Counted from the stretch's first letter, positions 17,437 to 27,619 are shown. The stretch is DNA of 64,000 nucleotides from Candidatus Thorarchaeota archaeon (GCA_048882045.1 JBHLRZ010000017.1:10346-74345); one strand, 5' to 3'. Numbers and translations are program-made. Notes: generated by a model from the letters alone, not told the origin.

Positions 17437-17462
17437 ATAAAAGGATTGTCACATGACCCTTT

Positions 17463-17771
17463 CTATAGAGTCGGCTTGGTCGGTTTTTTTGATATTCGTT
17501 CTATATTCCCTGTCGCTACTTGACTTCGGTACTTGTCCAAGGTCGTTTCTCCTTTCTCGTAAATCGGACCTTGTCCTGTCAGGAATCCTGTTGATACACC
17601 CTCTTTCGTTTGTATAACAGGTCGAGAAGCTTTCATCATTAAATAGCGGAGAAACTCAAGATCTGTTACTTTTCTACCCATTTTTCGCTGATATCGCATC
17701 TTTTCTTCCTCCCAAGTCAAAATATCATGCTCTGTGAGCCCTTTGAAGAGTTTATTCTTGAGTTTGCTCAT
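17463..17771 (-). CDS. Small basic hypothetical protein
   Basis: GGAGA RBS before ATG 17771; 102 aa with no recognised family. Confidence 0.7.
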   Translation of the reverse strand: MSKLKNKLFKGLTEHDILTWEEEKMRYQRKMGRKVTDLEFLRYLMMKASRPVIQTKEGVSTGFLTGQGPIYEKGETTLDKYRSQVATGNIERISKKPTKPTL

Positions 17772-17890
17772 AATTTCGTCTCCATGAGAGTTAACCATTC
17801 TAACCAAAAGGTCTGCTTTATCCCCTTGTAATACCTAGGGGATATGAGTAGGGAAAGTATATGATTCGCTAGTTTCGTAAAGCCTTCTTC

Positions 17891-19039
17891 TCAGCTCTTC
17901 ATATTCTCTTCTTTGGATTCTGAAACTTCCTTTTCTGTTTCAGTTTCTGTCGTAACTGCTCCACCCTCAGCTACTGGTGCTGGAGTAAAAGTAGCTGCTT
18001 CCGAGGTTTCAGGTCTCGGTGTGTGATAGAGGCTCTCTGACCTAGTCTTGGTGAACTGAGTGACTGCGGTCCATGTGGCTGACCTGTTCGCTAATGGCGT
18101 CAGTTTCTTTATTCGAAACATGACAATGGCCGAAAGGTCAATGAGGATGATGTTCATTCCAAGAAGTAGAAATGAGCCAAATCCAATCTGAATGAGAGCA
18201 CCATTCGCATGCATCGCTCCCAGTGCAAACATCAGAGCCGCATTGACAGCTGGTGGCATAAGAGCAGCAGATATTGCGACACCGACAAGACTCGACATAT
18301 CCCCCTTAGTTACCGATACTGCTACTGCAGGTCCTGAGATAATAGCTACACCTACATCAATCCAATTGAATCCCGCACGTCGGGTTATTTCTGTAATATT
18401 GACTGGAATCGGACCTGGTCCCATATCATTCGTGATCGTGGTCACAAAGCCAGCTGAACCTCCTGCATAGAGCATTAGTGCAATCACTATTCCAACAGCA
18501 AAGGATAATCCCAAAGAGATCAGCTCATTCATAGTTCCCTTGGTAAACAGTTGCCTATCCCTGACAACATAACCTAGGGCAACACCCAGCATTGGTCCCA
18601 TCAAAGGAGAAAGAAGCATTGAAGCAACAATCACAGTGACGTTGTTTTGAAGCAAACCAAAACCTGCCATTGCAGCAGCAAGAATCGTGAAAGCAATGAA
18701 ATCAAAGCTCAAAGAGGACTGCTTCTGTACATTTTCATAGATCTCTTCCACAGCAAGAGTCGCATCTCGCTGGATCTTCGTATCACTGACTTCTTCAACT
18801 TCTCTCGGTAGTGAAGCTGTCAAATCTAGGATGTCAATGAATCCATATTCTACTCCCACTCCCCTACTCTTTAGCTTCTCAATTGTTTCACTGACATGAC
18901 CATCAGGAATCCTGAATTGAAGTATGTGAGCATTGTCAGTGTTGAATTTGTTGACATTGTTAAAACCAAGACTGTCAACAATATAATCAAACACTGCTTC
19001 TGTCTTTTCAAATGGTACAGTTATTTGCACCTGCTTCAC
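17891..19039 (-). CDS. DUF389/TIGR00341 family membrane protein
   Basis: IVASMLLSPLMGP, LVGVAISAALMPP, N-terminal soluble domain. Confidence 0.9.
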   Translation of the reverse strand: MKQVQITVPFEKTEAVFDYIVDSLGFNNVNKFNTDNAHILQFRIPDGHVSETIEKLKSRGVGVEYGFIDILDLTASLPREVEEVSDTKIQRDATLAVEEIYENVQKQSSLSFDFIAFTILAAAMAGFGLLQNNVTVIVASMLLSPLMGPMLGVALGYVVRDRQLFTKGTMNELISLGLSFAVGIVIALMLYAGGSAGFVTTITNDMGPGPIPVNITEITRRAGFNWIDVGVAIISGPAVAVSVTKGDMSSLVGVAISAALMPPAVNAALMFALGAMHANGALIQIGFGSFLLLGMNIILIDLSAIVMFRIKKLTPLANRSATWTAVTQFTKTRSESLYHTPRPETSEAATFTPAPVAEGGAVTTETETEKEVSESKEENMKS

Positions 19040-19202
19040 AGACGCACCTCTCCGTGTTGACTCGTGTGCTTCTTTAGAATGGTATTAAGGATTACTAGAG
19101 GAGCACTTTTGTAATACAAATAATACCAGTTGTGAGTGTTTGCGCATTAAACACCAAGCTTTTCTATAATTCCATTCATCAAACCGAGAGAGGAAAGGAA
19201 GA

Positions 19203-19898
19203 ATGGCTGTGTTTGATGTCATATTTGTCCTTGCTGGGTGGTTTGTTCTCTCACTCACAGGGGCACTAGCACCGGGACCATTATCTGCAGCAGTCATTCA
19301 ACAAGCTAGCAAACGTGGCCGACTTCATGGGATTCTTCCGATGGTCGGACATGCTCTAGTTGAGTTAGTGATAATCACTGCCATAATCCTTGGTGTAAGT
19401 TCTGCGTTTCTTACTCCCTACACTGATCTACTCATGGGATTTGGTGGAGTGATAATCATCCTTTTTGGTGTTCTAGCTTTGCGAGACTACAAACAGGAGG
19501 ATTCTGATGCATCGGGTGAAACTAAACAAGAATTGACAAAGTCCTCAGCTTTAGGAGCCACAACACAAGGCATCTTGGTCAGCATATTCTCACCCTATTT
19601 CATCCTCTGGTGGTTGGCAGCTGGATTCACTGCAATAACTTATCTTCTGGAAAATGTTCAGTGGAGTGTTGGAGCTGTTTTCATAGCGGGAATCCTCATC
19701 TACTTTACACACATTTCGACAGACCTAATCTTTGGAGCATTTCTTTCTGTAGGAGCAACCTATGGAAGTGGGAAAGCACAGGTGAACTCCAATGCTGGTC
19801 GGTTGAACTTGGTCAACATTGGGATTGGTCTTTTTCAGATAGTTCTTGGATTGTACTTTATCGTTCTAGCAATTCCAGGTCTTCTCTTTGCCTCTTAG
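19203..19898 (+). CDS. LysE family translocator
   Basis: SLTGALAPGP, GHALVE, GILVS-x2-SPYFILWW. Confidence 0.88.
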   Translation: MAVFDVIFVLAGWFVLSLTGALAPGPLSAAVIQQASKRGRLHGILPMVGHALVELVIITAIILGVSSAFLTPYTDLLMGFGGVIIILFGVLALRDYKQEDSDASGETKQELTKSSALGATTQGILVSIFSPYFILWWLAAGFTAITYLLENVQWSVGAVFIAGILIYFTHISTDLIFGAFLSVGATYGSGKAQVNSNAGRLNLVNIGIGLFQIVLGLYFIVLAIPGLLFAS

Positions 19899-19933
19899 TT
19901 AATGGAAAGACATGATTGTCAATTGGCACACAG

Positions 19934-20686
19934 CTAGCCACCGATTTCTTCGCCAAAGACCTTTAGAATAATGAATCCGAGTAGGGCACCCAATAGTGTG
20001 GCTATAGTTCGCTCTACCAGCATTGCTGGAAAGATTGCATAACCAAAGACTACTGCAGGTATCTCTAACAAATATACTGAACCCATAGCCATGACTGAGT
20101 GGTCCAACATCGCACCCAAGAAGGTGAATGGTATCAATTGCAAGTATGATTTCTTTGGGTCGAACTCGAACATCTTGACCTGAAACACAATCGCCAATAT
20201 AGCTGCAAGCATGTATGGAAGCATGAACCACCATGCTTCGAAGACAGCGATTTCGTAAAGGATTATGATGATCACTAGATAGATCGCTGTTACAAGTGGT
20301 CCTGGGATGGTTGTGTTTGCTACCTTGGTAGTCCGCTTCAGAGAGAGTCCTGTGAACAATGCAGCCACTGCTGGTCCAACTATTGTTGTTGGAATGTAGA
20401 GGTACACTCCTCCACCAAATGGGAGGCTGACCATTGTCGCAGTCAGACCTGCGATGAGGCCGAAACCAAAACCTCTCCATGGACCAAGAAGAATGCCCAT
20501 AATAGGTGCTACACAGATGGCAAAGCTTAGAATGCTACTGAAACCTGCAGGTCCAATGAAGCCGCTCATTGGCAGAAGGGCGAGTACTGCATAAAGTGCG
20601 ATAAGGATAATTCCTACCGTAATCTTCTTCGTTTCGCTGGGTTTACCAATGAGAATCATTTCCTGATCATCAGCATCGAGTGACAT
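19934..20686 (-). CDS. ECF transporter S-component-like membrane protein
   Basis: APIMGILLGPWRG motif, about 7 TMs, ERTIA near the C-terminus. Confidence 0.7.
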   Translation of the reverse strand: MSLDADDQEMILIGKPSETKKITVGIILIALYAVLALLPMSGFIGPAGFSSILSFAICVAPIMGILLGPWRGFGFGLIAGLTATMVSLPFGGGVYLYIPTTIVGPAVAALFTGLSLKRTTKVANTTIPGPLVTAIYLVIIIILYEIAVFEAWWFMLPYMLAAILAIVFQVKMFEFDPKKSYLQLIPFTFLGAMLDHSVMAMGSVYLLEIPAVVFGYAIFPAMLVERTIATLLGALLGFIILKVFGEEIGG

Positions 20687-20763
20687 TGTCTACCCACTCC
20701 AGTTCGCGATTGCGATTGATTCGCCTTATGATGATTGCGGTAGGTTGGAAAGCCTCTAACGTT

Positions 20764-21855
20764 TTACTTCCTGACTTTCCGTAATCCAAAGATAACTGCA
20801 GCAATACTGGCAATAGATAGTGTGCCTGCTATTGGAATCAAGATTCCCCAATCTCCATCTGTCGGGGTGATAGTCGTTGTTGTGTTTGAATACGGTGTCT
20901 GAAGGAAAATACTCACAGATTTACTAGTTGCCAAACCATAGCCATCAAGAACAACGAGACTCGTAGGGAATGGATGGTTTGTATCTATATCAGCAGGACC
21001 AGCTGCATCTGGGTAGACCTTTTCAGTGATAAGAGATGGCACATAGTACCAGCCATTGATGGGTTCCACTCCTTCATCAAGCTTAATGGGCCAGATAGCG
21101 ACTTCATCATATTCAGCAGTTGTCTGATTGAGAAAAGTGATAACAACTTTCACATATCTGATATAACTCATACCTGAGATTTCTATCTGAAAGCTTGTAT
21201 TTGACCAATCAAGAAGCAGCTTGTTCTCTAATTCATCATAATTCGGATGTATAATCTTAATTATCGGTCCAATTATGTCCCTGTTTATTGTATACTCATA
21301 GATAGGGAAGTATGTGAAGTGTTGAATCCCAACAGTCAGGTTCAAGCTCCCCTCATCAATGAACTCATTTCCGAATGAGGCCCATGTTTCATTCATGAAG
21401 AAATACGTTGAATTCATCCAAACAGCATAGTGGATGAAATCACCTTCTGGTGTTTCTAATATCTTCTCGTACGGCATCAGGGTTTCGAAGTATGAAGTTG
21501 AATTGGCTTCGCCCTCATTCTCTGAAAGGTCTACTACAATCACAATGTCAGGGTCGGGAGTTTCCCACCAAATCTCGAATGAAAACCTGAAATTCTTCGG
21601 TTGCATCTCCGTTGTATTTGGATAGAAATACCTCCAGAATATTTCTTGTCCATTTATGAAGAGAGATCCCGATTCCAATGTATTCGCGTTATATGCTGGA
21701 GGTTCAAAAGGCGGATATTCAGAAGTCTGTGAGATTAGATAGTCATTTCGAGGACCTTGAAAGATTTCTCCATCTATTGTATGGATGATTTGTGGCAGAC
21801 TTCCTAACAGAATCACAAGGCTGAGTACAAATACTTGCTTACTCACGTCTTCCAT
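20764..21855 (-). CDS. Secreted/cell-surface protein with C-terminal TM anchor
   Basis: Signal peptide, many N-x-S/T sequons, Thr-rich linker, TM followed by RKVRK. Confidence 0.75.
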   Translation of the reverse strand: MEDVSKQVFVLSLVILLGSLPQIIHTIDGEIFQGPRNDYLISQTSEYPPFEPPAYNANTLESGSLFINGQEIFWRYFYPNTTEMQPKNFRFSFEIWWETPDPDIVIVVDLSENEGEANSTSYFETLMPYEKILETPEGDFIHYAVWMNSTYFFMNETWASFGNEFIDEGSLNLTVGIQHFTYFPIYEYTINRDIIGPIIKIIHPNYDELENKLLLDWSNTSFQIEISGMSYIRYVKVVITFLNQTTAEYDEVAIWPIKLDEGVEPINGWYYVPSLITEKVYPDAAGPADIDTNHPFPTSLVVLDGYGLATSKSVSIFLQTPYSNTTTTITPTDGDWGILIPIAGTLSIASIAAVIFGLRKVRK

Positions 21856-21906
21856 TCTTCACCTAGAGAAATTTGATTTTAAAAATCAACTTAGGCTCTT
21901 TATCCG

Positions 21907-22875
21907 TCATACTGGATAGAAGTCCCAGAAGTGTGACACCTTCCAGTCATTACCTACCTGTCTGTCTCCTCTAAGGTCCACCAATTCTTGCCCTTCAAAT
22001 GGGTAGAACTGGAGATCATTACTACCATTGACAACGATGAGGTCAGGACGCCCTAGAGTTCTCCAATGTCCTACCAAATAGGTCCAGTCATCTCTGAAGT
22101 CCTTGTCTGACCTGTACAGATACTCTTTGGTGGAGAAATCATCTTTCCCATCGTAACTGAAGAGGTAGAGTCTCTTGTCTCTGTAAGCCAGGATATCAGG
22201 AGTCGGTTTGCTTAACCAGTGTCCAACGAGTAGATGTGGATAGTCTTTTTCTTTGAAACCATGGCCAATCTTGTAGTCCTTTCCTCCATAGAATGATTCG
22301 CCATCGAAAGGAAAGACTATGAGGTCTCCATTGTCTTTTCGAATCATGATGTCTGGGTGGGTTCCTCCTGTCCAATATCCGGGGTAGATGTTAGGTACCT
22401 TGTTCTTCTTGAACCCATTCCCAACCTTTTCCTTGCGTCCCAAGTCCCTGAACTCCCTACCGTCCCATAGAAACAACTTGAGGTCTCCATCCTCATCTCT
22501 GATGAGTAGGTCTGAAGTACCGTTGTTCAGCCATTCTGCAGGGTAGAAGTCAAGTTCGGCATAGAATCCACGGCCCACACGATCACCAGTTCCTCTGAAC
22601 ATGAAGGTTTCATCCCGAAATGGATAGTGTCGAAGATTACCATCCTCGTCCAGTGTGATGAGTGATGACCCTCCACCAATCCTCCTTCGATGAGTTGGCT
22701 GTTCTGAAGGCATCCAATAACCTGGGATGTAAGCTAGAAATTCCCATTCCCGCCCAACATCGCGGCCAGTTTTCTTACCTTTTGGTGCATAGAACCTATA
22801 TCTACCATCTTCCCAGTGGAAGAATGGGAACCATTTCATATCTCCATTGTCTTTTCTGATTACTAAACCAGGCAT
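21907..22875 (-). CDS. FG-GAP/VCBS-like six-repeat beta-propeller protein without signal peptide
   Basis: Six ~50-aa repeats, PD(I/L)(I/L)-R-D-GDL-x-(F/Y)PFDG...(V/I)G-GF...G(Y/H)W; GGAGG before ATG 22875. Confidence 0.75.
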   Translation of the reverse strand: MPGLVIRKDNGDMKWFPFFHWEDGRYRFYAPKGKKTGRDVGREWEFLAYIPGYWMPSEQPTHRRRIGGGSSLITLDEDGNLRHYPFRDETFMFRGTGDRVGRGFYAELDFYPAEWLNNGTSDLLIRDEDGDLKLFLWDGREFRDLGRKEKVGNGFKKNKVPNIYPGYWTGGTHPDIMIRKDNGDLIVFPFDGESFYGGKDYKIGHGFKEKDYPHLLVGHWLSKPTPDILAYRDKRLYLFSYDGKDDFSTKEYLYRSDKDFRDDWTYLVGHWRTLGRPDLIVVNGSNDLQFYPFEGQELVDLRGDRQVGNDWKVSHFWDFYPV

Positions 22876-22996
22876 GCATGCTCCTCCATTGCCATCTCTA
22901 TGTAAAAGGTTCACGCATATTTGTTTGGCGGTATCTGAAAATGGTAAACATTTTAGGGGGCTTGTTTAACGCGGCACTCAGCCGGAGGCATTCATT

Positions 22997-24310
22997 GTGA
23001 GTGAAGAAACTTTTGATGTCATTGTTGTTGGTGCTGGGGTTCTTGGTGTTGCTACTGCATATTATCTTCAGAAGAACAGCCCTGACAAGAAGATCCTTCT
23101 CGTTGAGAGAACACTCGCTGCTGGTCAAGCAAACACTGCTATGAGTGCCGCTGCTGTTCGGAATATGTTTGCTTCTTCGACAAACCAGATTCTCACTGAC
23201 ACTTCCATCAAGTACTTTGAACATGTACAAGAGGAGATTGGGTTTGACCTATTCTTTGAAAAGACTGGTTACCTCTGGCTCCTAGGTGAAGAACAGTTCA
23301 ACCATGCCAGTGTCAAGGTCTGGATGGAGCGTATGGAGAAATCAGGTATCAGCTACAAGGTCTACAGCAAAAATGAGCTCAAGAAACTGATTCCTGGACT
23401 TAATGTCGATTTCTCTGGTGATGAAGAGGCAGAGCTCATGAATCTCCATGAAGTCGCTTACGGACTCTTTGGAGCTGATTGCGGTGTCCTTGATCCGACA
23501 AGACTTGTCGAGTACTACTTTGGGGAGTTCAAAAAACTCTCACATGTCAAACCAAGGTTTGGAGTTGAAGTTGAGAAACTTCTCCTTGAAGCTGATCCAA
23601 AGCTGGACTTACCAGGAGAACCCTATGTCTGGCAGAAGAAGAAAGTGAATGGAGTCGTCACTGATAAAGGAATTTTCAAAGCTGATGTTGTTGTACTAGC
23701 CACAGGATCTTGGACAAACGAGTTACTCGACCCAATCGGAATGGACAGCATGACCAAAGGAAAGAAACGTCAGCTCTTCGTCATCCATGCTGAGGACAAA
23801 CAGGACCTCCACAATCTACTTGATACCGATGGTTTCAATGAACTCGGATGTATCCCCTTCACAATATTGCCCTCTGCTGGAGTATACTTCCGACCACAAC
23901 TTCAGGAGAGAGGGTTCTGGATTGGGTGCGGTGACAAACTCGGTCGGGAGTACAAGTATGTCCAGACTGACGAAGACATGGTTCCTGAGAGTGCTTATTA
24001 CGAAAACAGTATGTACCCAGTGCTATCCAAATACTTCCCTGCCTTCGCTGGAGTAAGACCTGTGAACAGTTGGGCTGGTGGTTACAACTACAGTCCGGAT
24101 AGAATTCCCTTTGTCTACCTTGATTGCGGAGTCCTCGTTGTTAATGGGGCTAGTGGCTCTGGAATCATGAAGGCCGATGCCATGGGCCGTATTGCTGATG
24201 CTCTCTACCGAGGTGAGCCAGATGCTGAGCTGTTCGGTGGGAAGAAGATTCCTTCAAACACTCTCAGCATCAAAGACAGAGATGTCGAGGTAGAGAGTGT
24301 AATCATCTAG
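22997..24310 (+). CDS. FAD-dependent oxidoreductase (DAO/sarcosine oxidase beta-like)
   Basis: VVGAGVLG, VVLATGSW, SWAGGY, GASGSGIMKA. Confidence 0.9.
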   Translation: MSEETFDVIVVGAGVLGVATAYYLQKNSPDKKILLVERTLAAGQANTAMSAAAVRNMFASSTNQILTDTSIKYFEHVQEEIGFDLFFEKTGYLWLLGEEQFNHASVKVWMERMEKSGISYKVYSKNELKKLIPGLNVDFSGDEEAELMNLHEVAYGLFGADCGVLDPTRLVEYYFGEFKKLSHVKPRFGVEVEKLLLEADPKLDLPGEPYVWQKKKVNGVVTDKGIFKADVVVLATGSWTNELLDPIGMDSMTKGKKRQLFVIHAEDKQDLHNLLDTDGFNELGCIPFTILPSAGVYFRPQLQERGFWIGCGDKLGREYKYVQTDEDMVPESAYYENSMYPVLSKYFPAFAGVRPVNSWAGGYNYSPDRIPFVYLDCGVLVVNGASGSGIMKADAMGRIADALYRGEPDAELFGGKKIPSNTLSIKDRDVEVESVII

Positions 24311-26438
24311 TGACTACTTGCACACCCGGTTCTCTCTCAATTATTGGTTTGGGCTCAATAATCTGTCTTATTATCACTATCATACCAGTAACCAGAAACG
24401 GTATCATAAATCCGAAAATTGGTGTAACTTGATACATTGATACTTGGACTGTAACAATGACAGTGTCTTTTTCCAATCCATGATAGGGTGATTCAATTAC
24501 TATGGTGAAGTTATGTGTTCCTTGCGTTAGGTATGGATCATTGACATTGACATAGATTGTTTCATCAAAGTAGTAATAATCAAACGTCCATTGACCTGAA
24601 TGAAAGTGTTCTCCATCTAGGAGAATCGAGTATGTCATTCCAAAAGGGTATTGGTCAGAGTATTCAGGTTCAGGGACAAATTCCAAGTCCCATTTCAGTT
24701 GGAAGAACGGGAGCATCGTGCTGAAATCCTGAGCGGGAATGATATAGACGTCACTTATAGCACGATTGACTACTTCATACTTATACCAGTCGGGGTTTAT
24801 AGAAAGCTCATAGAAGTCATTCTCCTTATAATCGACTAACATGAAAGGACCGCTACTGATACTTTGAATGTCAGGGAGTTCTCCTGAGACCAGGTTCCAA
24901 CTATACCACTCATCATATCCATATTTCTCAATGACATGCTTTGGTAGAATGTATGTGTAAGCGATTTTTTCGAAGTTCCAATAGGATTCCGAACTGAATT
25001 CAAAGACCACCTGATATGGTGATGGAGCATAAACAGTAAAAAGATCAGTCAATTTTTCAGCCATTGGATTTCCGTACATACCACTTTCCTTGATGTAGTT
25101 AAAGGTGAAAGCGACATCATATGCTGTAATATTCACACCATCGGTCCACCGTAAGTTAGTATTCACATCGAAGGTGAACCTCGTATTACCCTTTGGAATC
25201 TGAGTATTGTTCTGATGCCTTTCAACTGTCATGGCCTTAGCAATTTGAGGAGTTGGTTCCAAAGTTGGTGTTCTTGCATATAGACCTAGTAACATTCCAT
25301 CAAATATAGCCTTGGAAACTTCAGATTGTCCTGTAAAGGGATTTAGACTGTCTGGATTCGTTTCAACTCCTATCGCAAGAACTCCTCCCCCATAACCATC
25401 TACTCTCTTCACATTCATGGTTGTCCATAGACCGGTCATGTATCGATCAATATCTTCTACATAATCCATGAAGCGGTAACTACTGTATGCCTGATGGTAG
25501 ATATTCTGATACGCGATTAAGGAAGGCACCTCATTGTGAAGTATCTTCTGCATCTCCGATGCTGCATGAAACACATCTTCATAGCTTGAACTTGTTAGAA
25601 GCTGTCGTCCCCAAAAGTCGAATGTAGAATTTGAGAAGCCTGAAAGGTTAATCATCGTATTATTAGTATATTCTGATCCATATTCTGAAACCATCCAAGT
25701 GATATCAAAATCATCGAAGTCGCGTTCATGTAAGTGCACCTCTGGGAGAAAGTAAACACTAGGATCATTAACTACGACCGCGATATTTAGCGCCTCAAAT
25801 GCTTCTTTGGTTATCTGGGCAATCTCGTCATTATTGATGGGATTGAATGTCTTTATGTGAACACCAAAACGTTCTCCATTCGGAGCAACTCTGAATCCGG
25901 TTACAGGGTCTACTGTGAAATTCAGATCGTCAAGAATTGCATTTCCAGTGTCTGAATCTTTTGAATACCAATGCCAGTCAAGTCCATCTTCGATACAGAA
26001 TGGATTCACCGCAGGAACAAGCGAATCATGTTCCTGTGCCCAATTATGAAGTTCATCTACTACAAGCATTTTGTCAAAGGCATAGGCAAACGCCCGTCGG
26101 AATCCACTGATATTAAGAGGATACTCTCGACAATTGAAGGTAATCTGTCCATAACCATTTCTCAAAAAATCGCTAAGTTCGATGTCAGCTTCCATTCCCC
26201 ACTCTAGAGCTTGTGAATACATTTCACTAGTATTGAGAAAAGGCATGACCATATCCACACGACTTGACAGAAGTCCGTTGAGTCTTTCAGTTCGATCCGG
26301 TATGACAATGTACACCACCTTGTCAATATGTGGTCCGGACTCATAGAAGTTGTATTCTTGTGAGGATGCGGGATATACTAGGAGGAGAGATGAGATTATA
26401 CCGATAACCAATGAGATAGCAATCCATCTTGTCCTCAA
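24303..26438 (-). CDS. ABC peptide-binding protein (SBP family 5), circularly permuted, with C-terminal anchor
   Basis: Begins GPHIDKVVY / FRRAFAYAFD. The usual N-terminal motifs (GGVLAIG-x4-PDSLNP, WTDGVNITAYDVAFT, SSGPF) come later. C-terminal TM. Confidence 0.85.
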   Translation of the reverse strand: MRTRWIAISLVIGIISSLLLVYPASSQEYNFYESGPHIDKVVYIVIPDRTERLNGLLSSRVDMVMPFLNTSEMYSQALEWGMEADIELSDFLRNGYGQITFNCREYPLNISGFRRAFAYAFDKMLVVDELHNWAQEHDSLVPAVNPFCIEDGLDWHWYSKDSDTGNAILDDLNFTVDPVTGFRVAPNGERFGVHIKTFNPINNDEIAQITKEAFEALNIAVVVNDPSVYFLPEVHLHERDFDDFDITWMVSEYGSEYTNNTMINLSGFSNSTFDFWGRQLLTSSSYEDVFHAASEMQKILHNEVPSLIAYQNIYHQAYSSYRFMDYVEDIDRYMTGLWTTMNVKRVDGYGGGVLAIGVETNPDSLNPFTGQSEVSKAIFDGMLLGLYARTPTLEPTPQIAKAMTVERHQNNTQIPKGNTRFTFDVNTNLRWTDGVNITAYDVAFTFNYIKESGMYGNPMAEKLTDLFTVYAPSPYQVVFEFSSESYWNFEKIAYTYILPKHVIEKYGYDEWYSWNLVSGELPDIQSISSGPFMLVDYKENDFYELSINPDWYKYEVVNRAISDVYIIPAQDFSTMLPFFQLKWDLEFVPEPEYSDQYPFGMTYSILLDGEHFHSGQWTFDYYYFDETIYVNVNDPYLTQGTHNFTIVIESPYHGLEKDTVIVTVQVSMYQVTPIFGFMIPFLVTGMIVIIRQIIEPKPIIEREPGVQVVTR

Positions 26439-26559
26439 TCAGATACCTCCGTTTCTTAACTATACATTTGAGGACCTTTATTGTTTTGGTGTGAAAAGCA
26501 GCACAATGATTTAACGTTATTACATAAACCTAAAAGGCAACTGAGGTCTTTTCAATTGA

Positions 26560-26665
26560 GACCTATAGGGGTTCAACTTCTGACATAGTCAGGTCTAGTA
26601 AGAACCCAATCCAGGCAGGCTATCATCGATGGACGAAGACAATCCCCCTGACCGAGGTGGATCAT
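26560..26665 (+). promoter_or_regulatory. Structured, switch-like 5' leader of corA
   Basis: The 26567-26574 G-tract can pair with either GAACCC 26602-26607 or AATCCCCCT 26641-26649; the latter can alternatively pair with the SD GAGGTGG 26654-26660. Confidence 0.35.
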
Positions 26666-27619
26666 ATGAGCGACAGAGTAGAGAATGGAAGTATCTCCAT
26701 TATGGCGTTGGAGAGTGGAATACATTATGCCAGCTTGGAAGAAGCCCCTGAAGAACCACTGCTCATAGAAATCATCGGTATTCGACCTGACGACCTTGCT
26801 AAAATCTCCCAACGATTTGAAATTGACCTAGAAGACCTTCAGGACGTTCAAGACTTGGATGAGCGTCCCCGTTTACAGATTGAGGACAAATTCACAATGA
26901 TGGTACTTCGAGTACCAGTCGACCTTCGAGTTGAAGATCGTGAGTACTCGACAAATCCTATTGGAATGTTCACAAATGGTCGAGATATCATTGTGATTCA
27001 GAATGATGAAGTCCCTAGAAGAAAGAAGCGGCTACGTGAGAAGGTACGTTATAGCACCACTGCGAATGAGGTCATCTATAGATGGTGGGAGCTTGTTATC
27101 CACTCCTTTGAAACTACGCTGGATCTTATTGAAGCAACAATCAATCAGACAGAAGATGTCATCATGCGAGAAATTTACCCGTCGCATCTTGAATGGTTTT
27201 TCCAGCTCTCACGTGACGCTATCTTTATGGAAACCGCTCTAAAGGCTAACATCAAGGTCCTTCGCCGGTTGAAGCGGTTCAATGTTGTCGGAAGGATGAT
27301 TCTCGATGTAGACCGACTTGAAGAGCTTGAAGTAGACCTTCAACAGCAAGTGGAATTGAGTGCCATATATCGGGAGTTGATTGACAACGCAATGAATGCA
27401 TATGACAGCATCGTCAGTCATAATCTAAACAGAGTCATTAAGACCCTGACCTCGATCTCATTGCTTGTCAGTGTCCCTACTCTGATAGCTAGTATTTATG
27501 GTATGAATGTTGGCTTGCCGCTGCAGAACGATTCATTGGCTTTTGCCCTTGTGATGCTTGCTAGCTTGGTTATAACAGTACCATTGCTTCTGTTTCTAAG
27601 AACCAAGAGTCTTGTCTAG
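26666..27619 (+). CDS. corA: CorA family Mg2+/Co2+ transporter
   Basis: DERPR, N-x-V-I-K-x-LT, PTLIASIYGMNV (GMN signature), two C-terminal TMs. Confidence 0.93.
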   Translation: MSDRVENGSISIMALESGIHYASLEEAPEEPLLIEIIGIRPDDLAKISQRFEIDLEDLQDVQDLDERPRLQIEDKFTMMVLRVPVDLRVEDREYSTNPIGMFTNGRDIIVIQNDEVPRRKKRLREKVRYSTTANEVIYRWWELVIHSFETTLDLIEATINQTEDVIMREIYPSHLEWFFQLSRDAIFMETALKANIKVLRRLKRFNVVGRMILDVDRLEELEVDLQQQVELSAIYRELIDNAMNAYDSIVSHNLNRVIKTLTSISLLVSVPTLIASIYGMNVGLPLQNDSLAFALVMLASLVITVPLLLFLRTKSLV

